Shown piece by piece: positions 60,845 through 64,000 of a stretch of 64,000 bases of DNA (within the stretch, counting starts at the first letter, position 1; each line of letters begins with the position of its first letter). The notes under the pieces were generated by a model. It had not been told where the DNA came from. It saw nothing but the letters and a program-made list of their open reading frames with translations, and ran no database searches. A program made the position numbers and the translations under genes. This DNA comes from Bacteroidota bacterium. Lineage in GTDB: Bacteria; Bacteroidota; Bacteroidia; UKL13-3. The stretch is from NCBI GenBank assembly GCA_947485745.1, contig CANKQY010000001.1, positions 742-64,741 of the forward strand, given 5' to 3'.

Positions 60845-62146
60845 ATGAGATCGAGCAACAAATACGAAACCATACCTCAAAAACTATTCATTGAAAACCG
60901 CAAAAAATTTGTGGCTAAAATGAAATCTCAAAGCATAGCTATTTTTCATTCCAATGAAGAACATCCTTGGAACGGAGATGCCACTCATGCCTTTAAACAA
61001 AACTCAGATTTGTTTTGGCTTACTGGCGTGGATCAAGAAGAAACCATCTTGGTATTGTCGCCTGATTGCCCAGTTGTAGAATACCGCGAAGCCTTGTTTA
61101 TAAAGCGCACTAGCGACATGATGGTGGTGTGGAATGGCTATAAATTAACTATGGAAGAAGCCACTCAAGTGAGTGGTATTGCCAATGTATTTTGGTACGA
61201 TGAGTTTACTATTAAAATGCATTCGGCCATTAATTATGCGCAAAATATCTATTTGAACCTAAACGAAAATGACCGTGCAGTAATTAGCACGCCATACAAA
61301 GATTTGCGTTTTGCCAGAGAGTTAAAGGAGCGTTATCCATTGCACGAATATGAAAGAGCTGCACCTATTTTACAACGTTTGCGTTCAATCAAATCTGGTG
61401 TTGAATTAGATTTGATGCAAGTGGCGGTGAGCATCAGTGAAAAGATGATTCGTAGGGTGGCCAAGTTTGTAAAACCTGGTGTTTGGGAATATGAAATTGA
61501 AGCAGAAGTAATACATGAATATTTACGCAATAGGGCGCGCGGACATTCATTCAATCCTATTGTGGCCAGTGGTGCTAACTCTTGTATTTTGCATTATGTT
61601 GATAATAACCAGCAGTGTAAAGATGGCGATTTATTGCTATTGGATAGTGGGGCAGATTATGCCAATTATGCCAGTGACATGACCCGCACCTTGCCTGTTA
61701 ACGGTAAATTTACAGACAGGCAAAAGGCGGTGTACAATGCGGTTTTGCGAGTGATGAAAGCTGCTAAACAACTTCTAAAGCCCGGAACCTTATTAATGGA
61801 ATACCATGTGCAAGTAGGTGAATTAATGGAAAAAGAATTGGTAGATTTAGGCTTGATAACTTTAACAGATATTAAAAATCAAAATCCGAAATGGCCTGCT
61901 TATAAAAAATATTTCATGCATGGCACCAGTCACTTTTTAGGCATAGATGTGCATGATGTAGGAATGCGTTATGAACCTATGCAAGCTGGCATGACCTTTA
62001 GTTGCGAACCAGGAATTTACATTGCAGAAGAAGCTATAGGTATTAGGTTAGAGAATGAAATTTTGATTACCGAGAATGGGTGCGCAGATTTAATGGCACA
62101 TATTCCAATTGAGGCAGATGAAATTGAGGCCTTAATGCGCGCTTAG
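60845..62146 (+). CDS. pepP: Xaa-Pro aminopeptidase (M24B)
   Basis: Start moved to ATG 60845; FKQNSDLFWLTG, LLDSGA..YASDMTRT, HGTSHFLGIDVHD, EPGIY, GIRLEN. Confidence 0.92.
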   Translation: MRSSNKYETIPQKLFIENRKKFVAKMKSQSIAIFHSNEEHPWNGDATHAFKQNSDLFWLTGVDQEETILVLSPDCPVVEYREALFIKRTSDMMVVWNGYKLTMEEATQVSGIANVFWYDEFTIKMHSAINYAQNIYLNLNENDRAVISTPYKDLRFARELKERYPLHEYERAAPILQRLRSIKSGVELDLMQVAVSISEKMIRRVAKFVKPGVWEYEIEAEVIHEYLRNRARGHSFNPIVASGANSCILHYVDNNQQCKDGDLLLLDSGADYANYASDMTRTLPVNGKFTDRQKAVYNAVLRVMKAAKQLLKPGTLLMEYHVQVGELMEKELVDLGLITLTDIKNQNPKWPAYKKYFMHGTSHFLGIDVHDVGMRYEPMQAGMTFSCEPGIYIAEEAIGIRLENEILITENGCADLMAHIPIEADEIEALMRA

Positions 62147-62830
62147 GTGATAGGAACTTTATTGTTTGACATGGATGGGCTTCTGGTAGATTCGGAGCCC
62201 TATTGGAAGCTTGCTGAAAAATCAGTGTTTGGTGCATTGGGTTTGCAATTAGATGATGAACTTTTGCGTCAGGTGATGGGCTTTAGGTTAAATGAAGTTG
62301 TGCAACATTGGTATAGGTATCAAGCATGGCCGAACCCAAATTTTACGCAAACAGAAAACAACATCATGGATTGCATGGAAGCCTATATGCGCAAAGAGGC
62401 TGTGGCCTTGCCTGGCGTAATGGACTCGCTAGAATATGTGAAGCAAAAAGGTTATGCCTGTGCATTGGCATCTTCCTCAAGTATGCGATTAATAGAAGCT
62501 GTGGTAGACAAGTTGAACATTCGTTCTTATTTTGATTTACTGTACTCTGCCGAATATGAAATGTATGGCAAACCACACCCAGGAATATTTATAACAGCCG
62601 CATCAAAGCTTGGTTCAGCCCCACAACATTGCTTGGTTTTAGAAGACTCTGTAAACGGCGTAATTGCCGCAAAAGCCGCAAGAATGCTATGCGTGGCAGT
62701 ACCAGAGCAGGAGAAACAAAACGACCCCAAGTTTTCTATTGCCGATTATCGCTTAAAAAGCATGGCGGAGTTTCCAGGGATATTGGAACAAATTAATGCG
62801 AAACATAACTGCGAAAACATTAATAATTAG
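62147..62830 (+). CDS. HAD-family phosphatase (HxpB/YniC-like)
   Basis: FDMDGLLVDSEP, ALASSS, GKPHP, LEDSVNG. Confidence 0.9.
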   Translation: MIGTLLFDMDGLLVDSEPYWKLAEKSVFGALGLQLDDELLRQVMGFRLNEVVQHWYRYQAWPNPNFTQTENNIMDCMEAYMRKEAVALPGVMDSLEYVKQKGYACALASSSSMRLIEAVVDKLNIRSYFDLLYSAEYEMYGKPHPGIFITAASKLGSAPQHCLVLEDSVNGVIAAKAARMLCVAVPEQEKQNDPKFSIADYRLKSMAEFPGILEQINAKHNCENINN

Positions 62831-62918
62831 GCAGAAGGAAATTTTTCATTGAGTTTTTTTATGGACAAGATTTATTAAATAAATGTTTATCTTTACATGA
62901 ATCTTTAAATAAAATAAT

Positions 62919-63542
62919 ATGAAGACAAAATTATTTCTACTTTATTTTTCGCTATTCTTTAGTGTACAAATATTTGCACAAACCAGCTACAGCAATCCCG
63001 TTGTGCATACCTATAGACTCAACCAACAGAAATGCACCCTCAAATATCAGACCTGGGTGAGTGGTGTAGAATATGGCGATAAGCGCAAGTGTTTTTTTAG
63101 AATTACCAACACAGGAACAAAAGCAATAAAAAATTTATATATCACTGTTGATCCAAGTGCAAATAATTTGAATTCTTCGGTAAGAGTAATACCAGTTATT
63201 AATCCTGGACAGCTAATTGCAACTTGGGTATATGGTAATTTTGAAGAAGGCCAATATTTACCACTAACTCTGCTTTCTTTTGAGGGGGAATTAGATAACC
63301 CAACTAATAAACCTATTGAGGTAGTTAAGCAGGAACAAAAAGAATTTAACCAAGAATTCGAAAAAATAATTTACCTCAGTGATAAGGCCGACGGCCAAGG
63401 AGGAAGCGGTGCAAAGCAAAGCGCAACAGAACCAAGCAAAGGAGTTATTAATACTATCAAAGAAATAATTAGGGAGCAAGTTACTAGTCCAGAATCTAGA
63501 AGTAAATCAAGACCTACAGTCAGCTTTGGTGTTAGAGGATAA
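62919..63542 (+). CDS. Hypothetical secreted protein
   Basis: Sec signal peptide (MKTKLFLLYF...IFA-Q), small beta-rich domain, low-complexity tail. Confidence 0.65.
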   Translation: MKTKLFLLYFSLFFSVQIFAQTSYSNPVVHTYRLNQQKCTLKYQTWVSGVEYGDKRKCFFRITNTGTKAIKNLYITVDPSANNLNSSVRVIPVINPGQLIATWVYGNFEEGQYLPLTLLSFEGELDNPTNKPIEVVKQEQKEFNQEFEKIIYLSDKADGQGGSGAKQSATEPSKGVINTIKEIIREQVTSPESRSKSRPTVSFGVRG

Positions 63543-63543
63543 T

Positions 63544-63999
63544 TTACCTCGCTAAATTTCCGATAAAGGTGGCAAAATTTAAACTTTGCCCGTCAGGTTT
63601 ATTAAAGCTAATTACACCAATTACTTCTCCTCTTTCATTCAGTAATGGCCCACCGCTATTGCCAGGTGAAACAGGCGCGGTAAATTGTATATAATCATAA
63701 GTATTGATATCCCTTATTCCTGAAACAATCCCATTGGTAAAAGAATAAGACAAGCCTTTTGGGTGACCCACCACATATACTGGTTCACCAATTTGAGGCA
63801 GCAACTTTGCTACCCTTAAATAATGTTCAATTGGTTTGTTTTTTGGTTCAGTGGCAAAAAAACAAATATCTGCCTCCTTTATAGATTTATAAGTTCGAGC
63901 ATAGTTAAAGGTATCACCTTTAAAGTCTATAAATAACATTTTTACTACATCTGTAAACAAATGAAAGCAGGTAATGCCATTGCCTTTGGTATCAATAAA
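63544..63999 (-). CDS. Trypsin-like (S1C) serine protease, C-terminal part (5' end outside window)
   Basis: Frame open to the window edge (FIDTKGNGITCFH, catalytic His); ADIC; IQFTAPVSPGNSGGPLLN. Confidence 0.88.
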   Translation of the reverse strand, partial: FIDTKGNGITCFHLFTDVVKMLFIDFKGDTFNYARTYKSIKEADICFFATEPKNKPIEHYLRVAKLLPQIGEPVYVVGHPKGLSYSFTNGIVSGIRDINTYDYIQFTAPVSPGNSGGPLLNERGEVIGVISFNKPDGQSLNFATFIGNLAR

Positions 64000-64000
64000 A

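Overview
AT-rich Bacteroidota chromosomal window, judged from T9SS C-terminal domains, TAnnTTTG-type promoters, a stand-alone atpD-atpC pair and TonB-dependent receptors. Housekeeping genes (fabG, tdk, atpD/atpC, thiN, kbl, murF, DEAD helicase, Xaa-Pro aminopeptidase, tRNA-Arg(CCG)) are interleaved with nine proteins carrying T9SS-type C-terminal domains, which cover about 30 kb of the 64 kb. No integrase, transposase, rRNA or CRISPR array was seen. Most notable observations: (1) a strongly over-represented quasi-palindromic word, TYGGTTCAAACCRA, with at least 13 exact 10-mer cores on both strands and in four coding frames, behaving like an uptake-sequence or HIP1-type signal; (2) three promoters sharing an 11-bp-periodic TAACA array in identical register to the -7 box, linking a 2450-aa four-module phosphatase, a TonB receptor and a duplicated beta-helix secreted protein into a probable Pho regulon; (3) an ECF sigma factor coupled to a membrane-anchored anti-sigma-like protein that ends in a type-B T9SS CTD, flanked by two type-B cargo genes; (4) a ~2-kb cargo gene apparently inserted into a GC-rich palindrome with a 10-bp direct repeat; (5) several REP-like repeat families. 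All calls come from reading the sequence by eye; no searches were run.
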